A DNA stretch of 36,062 nucleotides, from IMG/VR virus record IMGVR_UViG_3300048575_000373, positions 1-36,062 of that record, one strand, 5' to 3'. This document shows, in pieces, positions 1 through 8,448 of this stretch (the stretch's first letter is position 1; each line of letters opens with the position of its first letter). The translations under genes were made by a program, and so were the position numbers. This DNA comes from a virus (taxonomy: Duplodnaviria > Caudoviricetes). The notes under the pieces are model-generated. The model was not told the origin of the DNA and ran no database searches. It worked only from the letters and a program-made list of their open reading frames with translations.

Positions 1-681
1 TTACCTAAAACTGATCCAACCCTCGACAATACACATCTTCAAAACAATTTCTTTTTTTATTACTGATGCCTTTATTTTTTCGTTGTGTGGTATCAACTTT
101 AATTCATCTGCATTATCACCCGTTTGGACATACTTAACCGTTTCAAAACCGTTTCTTGTAGAAACAAAATACATTTCGCCCTCTTCAAAATAGCTAAAAT
201 CCTGCACTATCCTACAGGCAACATACCCACCACTTTTTAAAATTGGGTACATACTGTTACCACTGACCCGAGCTATAAAATTGCAATTTCTAAGCCTGGG
301 TATATCCAAAAAACCTATAGGCTCATAATATGGACCATCATCATTGTATCTTTCCAAAAAACTGGCATCAATAGGAATATCATATATAGGCACCCCAGCC
401 GTTATTGTTATTTTACCAGCCCCAATTTTTTTTTGAGAGCTTTTTATACTCCTACGCTTTTCTAAGTAACTTTTTGGTCCCTCATTAATCATTTCTCCAT
501 TTCCCGTTATAAGCCATTCCAAATTAATGTCAGGGTATACATAGCTTATTTTCTCGCATTTATCCGATCCAATGGCCCCTTCTTTATCCAAAAATCCATT
601 TGAAAAACCAGTGTCCTGATAAAATTTATACTTACTTATACCCTTGTAATCAATAAATTGAATAATTCTTTCTCGAATCAT
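1..681 (-). CDS. CI-like repressor, HTH + S24 peptidase domain
   Basis: N-terminal HTH with INLEWLITGNGEM; C-terminal RVSGNSMYP (catalytic Ser) and TVKY (Lys). ATG at 681 (MIRERI) preferred over the track start at 759; divergent from the early operon. Confidence 0.92.
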   Translation of the reverse strand: MIRERIIQFIDYKGISKYKFYQDTGFSNGFLDKEGAIGSDKCEKISYVYPDINLEWLITGNGEMINEGPKSYLEKRRSIKSSQKKIGAGKITITAGVPIYDIPIDASFLERYNDDGPYYEPIGFLDIPRLRNCNFIARVSGNSMYPILKSGGYVACRIVQDFSYFEEGEMYFVSTRNGFETVKYVQTGDNADELKLIPHNEKIKASVIKKEIVLKMCIVEGWISFR

Positions 682-726
682 AGAAAAAAAGCTATTAAAT
701 ATTTGGAATAATAGATTATATGCTAT
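680..726. promoter_or_regulatory. Putative repressor operators, two ATAG-N8-CTAT palindromes
   Basis: ATAG-aaaaaaag-CTAT at 680-695 and ATAG-attatatg-CTAT at 711-726 lie in the short divergent cI/cro interval. Confidence 0.5.
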
Positions 727-752
727 TATTTTGTGTCTATTAAAGAGTGCAA

Positions 753-995
753 ATGTCAACTAAAAATAAACATAAAGATCAAAAGCGTCATAGAAAATTA
801 GTTACTAAACAAATTGTAGCTGATGTGGTAGGGTGCGGGGTATCTACTGTAAAGCAGGTGTTAAGTCCTGTACCTACCCGGAATCCTGACACTGATTTAG
901 GACAGCGAATTGAAATAGCTGATGCTTTGTTAGAGGAAAAGTTTGAACAGGCTATAACCGATGTAAAAAAGATTGTTCACAAAACCAATAAATAA
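753..995 (+). CDS. Cro/Ner-like HTH regulator
   Basis: KQIVADVVGCGVSTVKQVL HTH-like segment; first gene divergent from the repressor. Confidence 0.75.
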   Translation: MSTKNKHKDQKRHRKLVTKQIVADVVGCGVSTVKQVLSPVPTRNPDTDLGQRIEIADALLEEKFEQAITDVKKIVHKTNK

Positions 996-1001
996 AAAAC
1001 A

Positions 1002-1394
1002 ATGCAAATTTCTGAAAAAAGTAAAGCGGCTTACGAAGCCGCAGCTAAAAAGCTAAACCAATCCGCAGCAATACCTGACTTTAGTATGTTGCGCTCTGAT
1101 GTGGCCCTGTACATGACAGCCGTTTTAATGCTTACCACCATTATAGAGGCTGAAAAGGACGGTAAAGTGTATGATATTACCAATCATGATGTACGCAAGT
1201 ATGAGCCTATCCATTATGCTAAGGAAGGCTATGAGGCGGGTTCTTCCGGTGGCGGGTTTTCGTTCTGCGACTGCGACTGCGTCAACGTCTCGAGCGTCGG
1301 GGCGCGCCTTTCCTCGAATAGCCGTGAGGAATGCCGCGCAAATGCTGAATCCTATCCTGATTTATGGGAAATCTTCACTCTATACGTAAAGTAA
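1002..1394 (+). CDS. Paralogue of the DGR target proteins with an orphan VR-like segment
   Basis: Aligns by eye with 8705-9271 and 9279-9605 (YEAA/FEDA, KYEP/KWQP, GFSF...VGARL vs AFRF...SGVRL). Run of NNC codons at 1263-1289. Confidence 0.75.
   Translation: MQISEKSKAAYEAAAKKLNQSAAIPDFSMLRSDVALYMTAVLMLTTIIEAEKDGKVYDITNHDVRKYEPIHYAKEGYEAGSSGGGFSFCDCDCVNVSSVGARLSSNSREECRANAESYPDLWEIFTLYVK
1251..1310 (+). other. Orphan variable-repeat-like tract (VR3)
   Basis: ggc ggg ttt tcg ttc tgc gac tgc gac tgc gtc aac gtc tcg agc gtc ggg gcg cgc ctt: GC-rich, A-poor, NNC-codon run ending in CGCCTT like VR1/VR2. Confidence 0.6.
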
Positions 1395-1407
1395 TCCTGA
1401 TTAGCAT

Positions 1408-1453
1408 TTTCCGGCAGGCAGGCACATCACGTTCGAGCCGTGAGCGGAAACCA
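1408..1453 (+). ncRNA. tRNA minihelix-like element (acceptor-like stem + T-arm + CCA)
   Basis: TTTCCG(1408-13)/CGGAAA(1445-50) stem; T-arm TCACG-TTCGAGC-CGTGA (1427-1443); CCA at 1451-53. Confidence 0.45.
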
Positions 1454-1474
1454 AAACATTAAGAATAACAGCCG

Positions 1475-3436
1475 TTGCGAATAATTGATAACATACTGTA
1501 TTTGGAAGCTTGTGAATTTGTGAAGCCAGCAGGGATTATACCTAAAAGTACTTATGATTCACTAAAAAACAGAGGCAAAATTGCAACGATAGGTCGTGGT
1601 GGCAATGGTAGAGAAATTTTGATAAAATACGAAAGCCTGCCTCCTGTATATAAGGAGCTGGTTAAGCAGCGATTTGGTGATCCTTACGAATATGCTGCAA
1701 AGCAGCCGATACGGGATTTGATACAACCTGATGAAAAAGTTAGACAGTTCTTTGAAAATTACGAAGGTGTGAGCCTTGAATATGAGGATAAGCAGCGATA
1801 TACAAATGATGCCGCTATTCTTACTGCTTTTCACAGGCTGTTAGCTAATAAAAAGCAGCTTAAAGAAATGCTACATATTTCTATTGGTGCCTTCTGGCAA
1901 AAGGCCTGTGAAATTGTGGTAGACGTTGCGCAGGAGTATCCTAATACTTTACCTACCAGCGAACGCCGGTTAAAACCCCGCTATAATGACTTTGTAAAAA
2001 GTGGCTTTGATGCTGCCACGCTGATAGATGGCCGCAAATACAATACTACTAATAATAGAAAGGTAGATGATGAATTTGAATGGCTGATCATGAGTCTTTT
2101 TGTACAGCGCCACCGGCCCTATAAAAACGAAGTACATAACGATTACTTGTCTTTTTTGGCTGGTGATGTAATTATTATAGATACCCGTAAAAACGAACCG
2201 TTCGACCCTGAATATTACCGATGCTATGGCGAAATGAGCGATACTACTATATGGCGAATATTGACCAAGCCCGTTAACATGGCCACTGTAGATAAGATGC
2301 GCCTGAATTCTTTAGACTACAGCAATAAGCATTTGCCATATAATGAACGCTTTGCTCCTATATACAGCCTTAGCAAGTTAACAATGGATGACTACGAGCC
2401 GCCATTTATGATGCCTAATGGTAAACGCCTTAGCGGATATGTAGTAATGGACGTAACAAGCAAGTGCATTATAGGGAAAGCTTTCAGTAGGGATAAGAAA
2501 ACTAACCTGTTAATTGATAGTTTAAAAGATATGTTCCGCTTGCTGGTAGCTAATGAATGTGGTATCCCTGGTGAGATTGAATTTGAGCGCCATTTAACTG
2601 AACCATTGATGGAAGATGATGGCATATTGAAAGCGGAAAACCTGTTTCCGTTTGTGCGGCTGTGCCGGGCTGCCAACCCGCGTGAAAAGAGAGCAGAACA
2701 TACTTTCAGACACTACAAGTACACAAAGAAAAAGGAGAAAGGCTTTAGAGGCAGGCCGTTTGCTAAGGATGAGGCCAACCGCATGAATGAGAACGTAACT
2801 GCAACCCGCGATTTTGATGAAATAGTGGAAGTGGAAAGCAGCTATATAGAAAAATGGAATAATGATCTGCATCATGATCAGGATAGGTACCCAGGTATGA
2901 CCCGTTGGGACGTGTTTATGAGCAACCAAAACCCCAATCTTGCCACACTTAAACGCCATTTAATTGCCCAATATATTGGAGAAAAAGAGGCTACCACTAT
3001 ACGTAATAATAAGATTATGCGGGTGCAATACAATAATTATTGGTTGCCCTCTGCTGAAATAATAAAGGAGTTGGACAGCTACAGCGTTACTGCCTACTAC
3101 CTGCGCGATAAGAATGGTCAAATACCTGAAGTGTATATATATCAGAACGGTGTTTATAAGTGTACAGCAGCTAAAGGCAGTAAATATAATGAAAGTCAGT
3201 TTGAAGCTACAGAGGATGATAAACGGATAATGCACGAACAGTTTGCCTACCGTAGCGGATTTGATAAGCTGGTGAAGGAGCGTGCAGCAGGACTTGCGAA
3301 AGTGGAGGTAATCAAAACAGACCTTCTGACAGTGCAAGAAATGCCATCACGTAAAGAGCTGCCAACATTTGAGGAACCGGTATCACCAAGAAAAGTGAGA
3401 ATCAATTACGCCGAACAGGCTGAAAAAGATTTATAA
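1475..3436 (+). CDS. MuA-like DDE transposase
   Basis: 653 aa, TTG start. N-terminal GRGGNGR DNA-binding motif; RNase H-like core LTMDD...VVMDVTSKCIIG...EFE...EKRAE; upstream of a MuB-like ATPase. Confidence 0.9.
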   Translation: MRIIDNILYLEACEFVKPAGIIPKSTYDSLKNRGKIATIGRGGNGREILIKYESLPPVYKELVKQRFGDPYEYAAKQPIRDLIQPDEKVRQFFENYEGVSLEYEDKQRYTNDAAILTAFHRLLANKKQLKEMLHISIGAFWQKACEIVVDVAQEYPNTLPTSERRLKPRYNDFVKSGFDAATLIDGRKYNTTNNRKVDDEFEWLIMSLFVQRHRPYKNEVHNDYLSFLAGDVIIIDTRKNEPFDPEYYRCYGEMSDTTIWRILTKPVNMATVDKMRLNSLDYSNKHLPYNERFAPIYSLSKLTMDDYEPPFMMPNGKRLSGYVVMDVTSKCIIGKAFSRDKKTNLLIDSLKDMFRLLVANECGIPGEIEFERHLTEPLMEDDGILKAENLFPFVRLCRAANPREKRAEHTFRHYKYTKKKEKGFRGRPFAKDEANRMNENVTATRDFDEIVEVESSYIEKWNNDLHHDQDRYPGMTRWDVFMSNQNPNLATLKRHLIAQYIGEKEATTIRNNKIMRVQYNNYWLPSAEIIKELDSYSVTAYYLRDKNGQIPEVYIYQNGVYKCTAAKGSKYNESQFEATEDDKRIMHEQFAYRSGFDKLVKERAAGLAKVEVIKTDLLTVQEMPSRKELPTFEEPVSPRKVRINYAEQAEKDL

Positions 3437-3442
3437 ACCGGT

Positions 3443-3527
3443 ATCCGGGTGGCGGGCAAGGTAGCCGCACAAAGCATTATGCTTTGACCTATATGGTAGC
3501 CTGAAGGTTCGAATCCTTCCCTGGATG
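3443..3527 (+). ncRNA. tRNA-like element 1 (class II-type cloverleaf, non-canonical anticodon loop CA-TTA-TG)
   Basis: Acceptor ATCCGGG/CCTGGAT; TG; D-arm GCG..CGC; anticodon stem CAAAG/CTTTG; variable arm ACC-TATAT-GGT; T-arm GAAGG-TTCGAAT-CCTTC. Confidence 0.7.
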
Positions 3528-3563
3528 CAATAAAGTTCTTTGACATATTGGAAATAGCGCATA

Positions 3564-3685
3564 GACCGGGTGGCGGAATGCAGACGCTCACTTAGTTAGG
3601 AGTGTTATACTTAACCGTTAAAGTCGGGCAGTTGAGACAACTAATCAAACATCACTCCATGCAGGTTCAAATCCTGTCCCGGTCG
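3564..3685 (+). ncRNA. tRNA-like element 2 with expanded (~73 nt) anticodon/variable region
   Basis: Perfect acceptor GACCGGG/CCCGGTC; TG; D-arm GCG-GAATGCAGA-CGC; T-arm GCAGG-TTCAAAT-CCTGT; internal GGAGTG/CACTCC stem. Confidence 0.7.
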
Positions 3686-3712
3686 CTTTTTATAACACTT
3701 AAATATTTAATT

Positions 3713-4045
3713 ATGTCAGATTGTAAACACACTCCCGGACCGTGGGTAGTAGATACAGAACAGCCGAATTTAATACGTGCTTCAGGAAAGACAGACGGCA
3801 ATCAAATTGTAGTTGCAGACGCATCACTACACACTTATATAGCTGGATGTATTATTCATGGAGAAAAGAAAATACAAAGGATGCTTGAAAAGCAGCAAAG
3901 CGCAAATATAAAATTAATATCAGCTGCTCCTGATTTACTTGATAATCTGAAATATTGTATTGAAGCATTAAGAGTAACAATGTTACATAATGCCCAACCA
4001 ATTATTGACCGCGCCCAATTAGCAATACAAAAAGCTACTTTATAA
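3713..4045 (+). CDS. Phage early hypothetical protein (KHTPGPW...LISAAPDLL family)
   Basis: Recurrent phage motifs KHTPGPW and ANIKLISAAPDLL. ATG at 3713 with A/T-rich leader; the upstream track extension overlaps a tRNA-like element. Confidence 0.75.
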   Translation: MSDCKHTPGPWVVDTEQPNLIRASGKTDGNQIVVADASLHTYIAGCIIHGEKKIQRMLEKQQSANIKLISAAPDLLDNLKYCIEALRVTMLHNAQPIIDRAQLAIQKATL

Positions 4046-4059
4046 TAAAATAAAATACA

Positions 4060-4248
4060 ATGATAGACTTACCAAAAGACAACCCTGCGCCGCCTCAAAA
4101 ACTTATAGATGCTGCGCCCGATTTATTAGCTGCCTTATTAAGCTGCGCCGGAATCCTTTCTCTTATGGACGGATATACTGCTTCGCAAAAGAAGGGTATA
4201 GACCTGATGAAAGAAACGATTATGGATGCTATTAAGAAGGTATTATAA
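4060..4248 (+). CDS. Small hypothetical protein (AAPDLL motif)
   Basis: LIDAAPDLLAAL resembles the C-terminus of the preceding gene; A-rich leader. Confidence 0.65.
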   Translation: MIDLPKDNPAPPQKLIDAAPDLLAALLSCAGILSLMDGYTASQKKGIDLMKETIMDAIKKVL

Positions 4249-4249
4249 A

Positions 4250-4382
4250 GGGCGGTGTTACCAGCACCGCCCAGAATCACCGCCCTGTTAATTCAGGGCA
4301 TAAAACTATTTCAAAAGTAAATTAAAATCTGTTACCAGCAGGCTTATTAATCACCGCCCCGGCATTAGCCGGGGCATAAAAC
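4250..4382 (+). repeat. Duplicated hairpin units (TTACCAG-loop hairpin; AATCACC-hairpin-ATAAAA)
   Basis: GGGCGGTG-TTACCAG-CACCGCCC (4250-72); AATCACC-GCCCTG/CAGGGC-ATAAAAC (4275-4306); CTG-TTACCAG-CAG (4329-41); AATCACC-GCCCCGGC/GCCGGGGC-ATAAAAC (4349-82). Confidence 0.7.
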
Positions 4383-4392
4383 AATTTAAATT

Positions 4393-5277
4393 ATGATTAT
4401 TAATGAAGAGGTAAGAAAGAAGATAGCCCACGTCTTACTTCAAAACCGGCAAAATTTTGACGGCAGCGATGCGCAGTACTCATTGTCCTTTGATATTAAC
4501 AAAGGAATATACGCGCAGATAAAAACAGGAAAAACAGAGCGTGTTTTATCCGATAAAAAATGGATAACCATCGCGCGAAGATTAGGCGTGCAACTAGGTG
4601 ATGAACCGGATTGGGTTACCAGCCGAACCGGTGTATTTGATTACATCACCAGCCAAATGGCTATTTGCAAAGCGGAAAGTATTAGCGGCACTTTTTGCGA
4701 TATTCCCGAAAGTGGAAAAACGGTGGCGGCCCGGTGGTTTTGCGCCAATACAAAAAACAGCGTTTACATTGATTGCTCTTTGTACAAGAGTAAGCAAAAG
4801 CTGATAAGGGCTATCGCAAAGGGATTCGGAGTTGAGCATACTGGAAACTACGCCGATGTATTCAGCGATCTTATTTACTATTTAAAAGTGGTACATAAAC
4901 CGTTCATAGCGTTGGACGAAAGTGGAGACCTTGAATACAGTGCGGAATTGGAATTAAAAGCTTTATGGAATGGCGCTGAATATTGTTGCGGTTGGTACCG
5001 TCTCGGTGCTAATGGCCTTGAAAGAAAAATAGAGCGTGGCATTACATCCCGAAAAGTTGGGTTTGAGGAAAACTTCAGCCGGTTTGGCGGCAAAGTTCAA
5101 ACTGTTTACCCAAAAGTAAAAGACGAACGGTTTGAATTTTGGAAAGAAGAGGCAGTTGCTATTATACAGGACAATGCCCCGGCAGGCTGTGATATACAGC
5201 AGCTTTTAATAAAGGCTAACGGCAGCAATAGGGCGCTGCGCACTCAAATACTCAAACTTAAACGGAAACTCAATTAA
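4393..5277 (+). CDS. MuB-like AAA+ transposition ATPase
   Basis: N-terminal HTH-like region, Walker A variant CDIPESGKT, Walker B IALDE, FSRFG arginine-finger region. Confidence 0.88.
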   Translation: MIINEEVRKKIAHVLLQNRQNFDGSDAQYSLSFDINKGIYAQIKTGKTERVLSDKKWITIARRLGVQLGDEPDWVTSRTGVFDYITSQMAICKAESISGTFCDIPESGKTVAARWFCANTKNSVYIDCSLYKSKQKLIRAIAKGFGVEHTGNYADVFSDLIYYLKVVHKPFIALDESGDLEYSAELELKALWNGAEYCCGWYRLGANGLERKIERGITSRKVGFEENFSRFGGKVQTVYPKVKDERFEFWKEEAVAIIQDNAPAGCDIQQLLIKANGSNRALRTQILKLKRKLN

Positions 5278-5297
5278 TAATCATAAACCCCCAAATT

Positions 5298-5690
5298 ATG
5301 AATACCCCTACAATTAAACTCAATCAGCAGTATAGTTATAACATAAAACAGGTGCTATTTGCTACACAAATGGACAATGAAGAGTTAGGCCATTTGATAA
5401 TGGAAACGGCTGATACCTGGCTACGCAGATTCTTTAAAGGTAAAATTGACCACTACGCTGTACTGAACAATGACGCCTTTATAAAATGGTGGCGTATGCA
5501 CTGGTTTGATAGAGATGACCGTTTCTTTATATCCGCTTTGTATAGCGCACCGGAAGACTACCGTTTTGCTCTTTATAGGCAGCAACACCAGTGCGTGTTT
5601 TTTATTTTACAACCTGTAACGCAATATATGTATCAGGACTTTTTAGACATGAAGCCATTTTTTGAAAGTTCACCTGTTACTGCACATTAA
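5298..5690 (+). CDS. Phage hypothetical protein
   Basis: 130-aa ORF in the operon with FIKWWRMHW motif. Confidence 0.7.
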   Translation: MNTPTIKLNQQYSYNIKQVLFATQMDNEELGHLIMETADTWLRRFFKGKIDHYAVLNNDAFIKWWRMHWFDRDDRFFISALYSAPEDYRFALYRQQHQCVFFILQPVTQYMYQDFLDMKPFFESSPVTAH

Positions 5691-5717
5691 CAATATTTCA
5701 TAGGCAAGCAATCGAGC

Positions 5718-5750
5718 GGGGCCTGTTTCTACAAGCCCCTGTTTTTTTTT
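5718..5750 (+). terminator. Intrinsic terminator
   Basis: GGGGCCTGT-TTCT-ACAAGCCCC stem followed by a T9 tract. Confidence 0.7.
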
Positions 5751-5766
5751 GATCAAATAAAATGAT

Positions 5767-6132
5767 ATGACTTTAAAATTTACCCGCAATGAAATGATGC
5801 TATTTCGTGAAGCGGTGCAGAAAGCTATAGATCACTATAACAAGGAAATAGCTTCCGAATACGATGATCATTATTGTTGCGTAAAAGCAGTATTAGATGA
5901 GTTGTGTATAAAGCTAATTAGAGATACCATAGTTATTAAGGATAAGTACACAGTAAAACTTAACACGTATCAGGGATTTGCTTTTCGTTCCGCTTTTGCG
6001 GCGGCAAAGCGTAAGGATTATACGGGGAAATGGTTGGGAAACATATGCGATCAAATACATTTTGAAAATGCCAACAAGTTATCATCTATTGATCCCGGTA
6101 GATTGGCTTTGCCTGAGCCACATAAAATTTAA
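5767..6132 (+). CDS. Hypothetical protein
   Basis: 121-aa co-oriented ORF. Confidence 0.65.
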   Translation: MTLKFTRNEMMLFREAVQKAIDHYNKEIASEYDDHYCCVKAVLDELCIKLIRDTIVIKDKYTVKLNTYQGFAFRSAFAAAKRKDYTGKWLGNICDQIHFENANKLSSIDPGRLALPEPHKI

Positions 6133-6165
6133 TCACCGGCCCGTTACCAGCGGGCCATAAAAAAC
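6131..6165 (+). repeat. Third AATCACC-hairpin-ATAAAA unit with TTACCAG loop
   Basis: AATCACC-GGCCCG-TTACCAG-CGGGCC-ATAAAAAAC. Confidence 0.7.
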
Positions 6166-6171
6166 CACACA

Positions 6172-6810
6172 ATGAATATAGTTACAATTCAAACACCCAA
6201 AAGTAAAACCTGGGTAGACGCAGACGGAAATGAAGTTCCTTACAAATTTGTTCCGCAAGGCGACCGGATTAAAGAAAACTTAGCTGCGACCCTTCTTAAA
6301 AAAGCACTAAAAATTGAGCAGCAATTGCAGGATTTCTATAATGAGATAAGGGAAGGCTTCGATAAAGTATATCAGCAAATGCTTGATGATTATAAGATCA
6401 AGAACAAAAAGGACAGGAAAATAAAAGGCTCCTATACCTGGTTCAATTTTAACCGTAGTATCAAAATCGAAGGTGATATTAATGATGTAGTAAAATGGGA
6501 CGAGGCCAAAATGGCGCTGGCCCGTGAATACTTTGATGAATATCTGTCTAAAAATTTAAGTACGTCAAACGAATTTTTACGAGGCCTTATTCAAAAGGTA
6601 TTCAGTAATAGTAAAGGTATGATTGACACCGCCCAGGTATTTGTAATATTAAGATACCAGGATAAGGAAAAGGACGCTTCATTTCAAAAGGCCTGCAATA
6701 TTATGCGCGATGCCCAAAGCGTTGGAAATACTAAAAAGTATTACCGTGTATGGGTACGGGAAGATGATGGCAGCTACAGAAATATTAATCTTAATTTTTC
6801 ATCCCTATAA
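6172..6810 (+). CDS. DUF3164-family Mu-like phage protein
   Basis: WVDADGNEVP N-terminus, KGSYT, and C-terminal KKYYRVWVR...YRNINLNFSSL pattern. Confidence 0.8.
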   Translation: MNIVTIQTPKSKTWVDADGNEVPYKFVPQGDRIKENLAATLLKKALKIEQQLQDFYNEIREGFDKVYQQMLDDYKIKNKKDRKIKGSYTWFNFNRSIKIEGDINDVVKWDEAKMALAREYFDEYLSKNLSTSNEFLRGLIQKVFSNSKGMIDTAQVFVILRYQDKEKDASFQKACNIMRDAQSVGNTKKYYRVWVREDDGSYRNINLNFSSL

Positions 6811-6819
6811 AATTCACCT

Positions 6820-7023
6820 ATGAAAGCAAAAATTACACTTGGTTATATTCTGTACTGCGTAGTGCAGCCTGTCCTGATCGGTTTAAAAGTAGGCGGGTTT
6901 ATAAAATCGAACTGGGTACAAGTGCTTACACCGTTGTGGATTGTCATTTCGGCCCATGCGCTTTTGTTCATATTGATGGCTTTAAAAATAAAGAAGGAGG
7001 TAAACAATGGCAAGAGCGCTTAA
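6820..7023 (+). CDS. Small membrane protein
   Basis: Two hydrophobic segments with LKVGGFIKSNWVQVLTPLW motif. Confidence 0.65.
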   Translation: MKAKITLGYILYCVVQPVLIGLKVGGFIKSNWVQVLTPLWIVISAHALLFILMALKIKKEVNNGKSA

Positions 7024-7726
7024 TGCAAATGAATTTTTGGGCAAGAAATTCGAGGAGCTTGAATTTAATGACCATTGGCATAAATCATTCGGAAACCCTG
7101 AATCTAACTTTTCCGTATTGATGTATGGTAAGCCAAAAAACGGCAAAACTGAATACTGCACTATGTTGGCTAAGTACATGACAAAGTTCGGCAAAGTGCT
7201 TTACAACAGTTTTGAGCAGGGCTTTAGTAAAAGTTTGCAGGATGCCTGGAGGCGGCAAAAGCTAAACGAAGTAAGCAACCGTGTATTGATAGTTCATAAA
7301 GAACCGTTTGATGCAATGGTGGCAAGATTGAAGAAAAAGAAGAGTCCGCCCACTGTCTTTATTGACAGCCTGCAATACATAAAAATGACTTATGAACAGT
7401 GGCAGTACCTGCGTAATACTTTCCCTCGAAAAAGGTTTATCATGATCTGCCATGCTGAAGGCGATGACCCCAAAGGCGGTGCAGCTAAGGCTATAGAATA
7501 CGATGTGGACATAATGGTGCTGGTAAAGGGATTTGAAGCACATCCACGAAGCCGTTTTGGAGGAAACGAGCCGTATGTATTTTATGAACAGGGGCATATA
7601 AATTGGCTGAAACGCCAGGGCAAGGAACCCCGGCAAAAGAAAGAGCCAACGAAAACAGGGCCTACCACCCCGGAACTAAATTTCTCACCCGCCACACCCG
7701 AAGAGGTGCAAATGAAAGTAGTATGA
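7007..7726 (+). CDS. RecA/RadA-like P-loop ATPase
   Basis: Walker A GKPKNGKT, LYNSFEQG, Walker B VFIDSLQY, SRFGG. Confidence 0.82.
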   Translation: MARALNANEFLGKKFEELEFNDHWHKSFGNPESNFSVLMYGKPKNGKTEYCTMLAKYMTKFGKVLYNSFEQGFSKSLQDAWRRQKLNEVSNRVLIVHKEPFDAMVARLKKKKSPPTVFIDSLQYIKMTYEQWQYLRNTFPRKRFIMICHAEGDDPKGGAAKAIEYDVDIMVLVKGFEAHPRSRFGGNEPYVFYEQGHINWLKRQGKEPRQKKEPTKTGPTTPELNFSPATPEEVQMKVV

Positions 7727-8034
7727 TAAACATTACTGATCATGCGTATCAACGCGCTAAGGAACGGTTAAATCTGAACGCTGATGCACTTAAAAAGCTG
7801 TGCGCCCTTGCATACTGCTACGGAAAGCAGCAGCATGAAACTAAGGGCGCACTTTTAAAATATCTACAACGGCGCAAGGATGAACACCTGCCTAATGAAT
7901 TCAGGATATACGGCGATAATCTTTTCATTTTTAAACAGACCTTATTAGTAACTGTGTACAGGTTACCCAATGAGGTTAATAAAAAACAATACTTCAGAAA
8001 TGAAAAAGTACGAAATAAGAGACGAAGCCTTTGA
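7723..8034 (+). CDS. Hypothetical protein (ITDHAYQRAKER motif, possibly RelE/BrnT-like fold)
   Basis: ATGA overlap with the upstream stop; HAxxRxxER N-terminus and LVTVY C-terminus. Confidence 0.6.
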   Translation: MINITDHAYQRAKERLNLNADALKKLCALAYCYGKQQHETKGALLKYLQRRKDEHLPNEFRIYGDNLFIFKQTLLVTVYRLPNEVNKKQYFRNEKVRNKRRSL

Positions 8035-8446
8035 TGGCAAAGTATCGGCGGTGTACAACGAAAACGGGCTGTTGTGGTATTTGAATTTTGAGGATGCGCA
8101 AATGAGCGAAGAGAACATGCAACTGTGTAAGGAGCATATCCCGGCCAACGAGGCCAATATGGTAACCTTTATAAAAACCAGCGGCAGCGATGTAATAGAG
8201 GTAAGCATAAGGGTAACTTTCGAGCAGTGGTTTAAGCTGTTTGGCATGGCAAGAAACCGAGAACGCGCACTAAAGCACTGGGATAAGATGCCACAAACTA
8301 CCCGCGTGATAGCGTATTACAATACAAAAAAATACCTCAAATACTGCCATAGGAATGCACATTGGTACAATAAAATGTACCCTGATACTTTTCTAAGCCC
8401 GGTTAATAATCATTACCTCACTGATTGGGATAAAATAAAACATTAG
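8000..8446 (+). CDS. Hypothetical protein
   Basis: ATG at 8000; FEQWFKLF...KMYPDTFL segment resembles the C-terminus of phage replication proteins. Confidence 0.65.
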   Translation: MKKYEIRDEAFDGKVSAVYNENGLLWYLNFEDAQMSEENMQLCKEHIPANEANMVTFIKTSGSDVIEVSIRVTFEQWFKLFGMARNRERALKHWDKMPQTTRVIAYYNTKKYLKYCHRNAHWYNKMYPDTFLSPVNNHYLTDWDKIKH

Positions 8447-8448
8447 CT

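Noticed and set aside
3443-3527. Functional ochre suppressor tRNA or a recoded genome
   Set aside because: The anticodon loop lacks U33/R37, and TAA terminates many full-length genes in the standard code.
3602-3712. N-terminal extension of ORF 3602-4045
   Set aside because: It overlaps tRNA-like element 2; the ATG at 3713 precedes the family motif.
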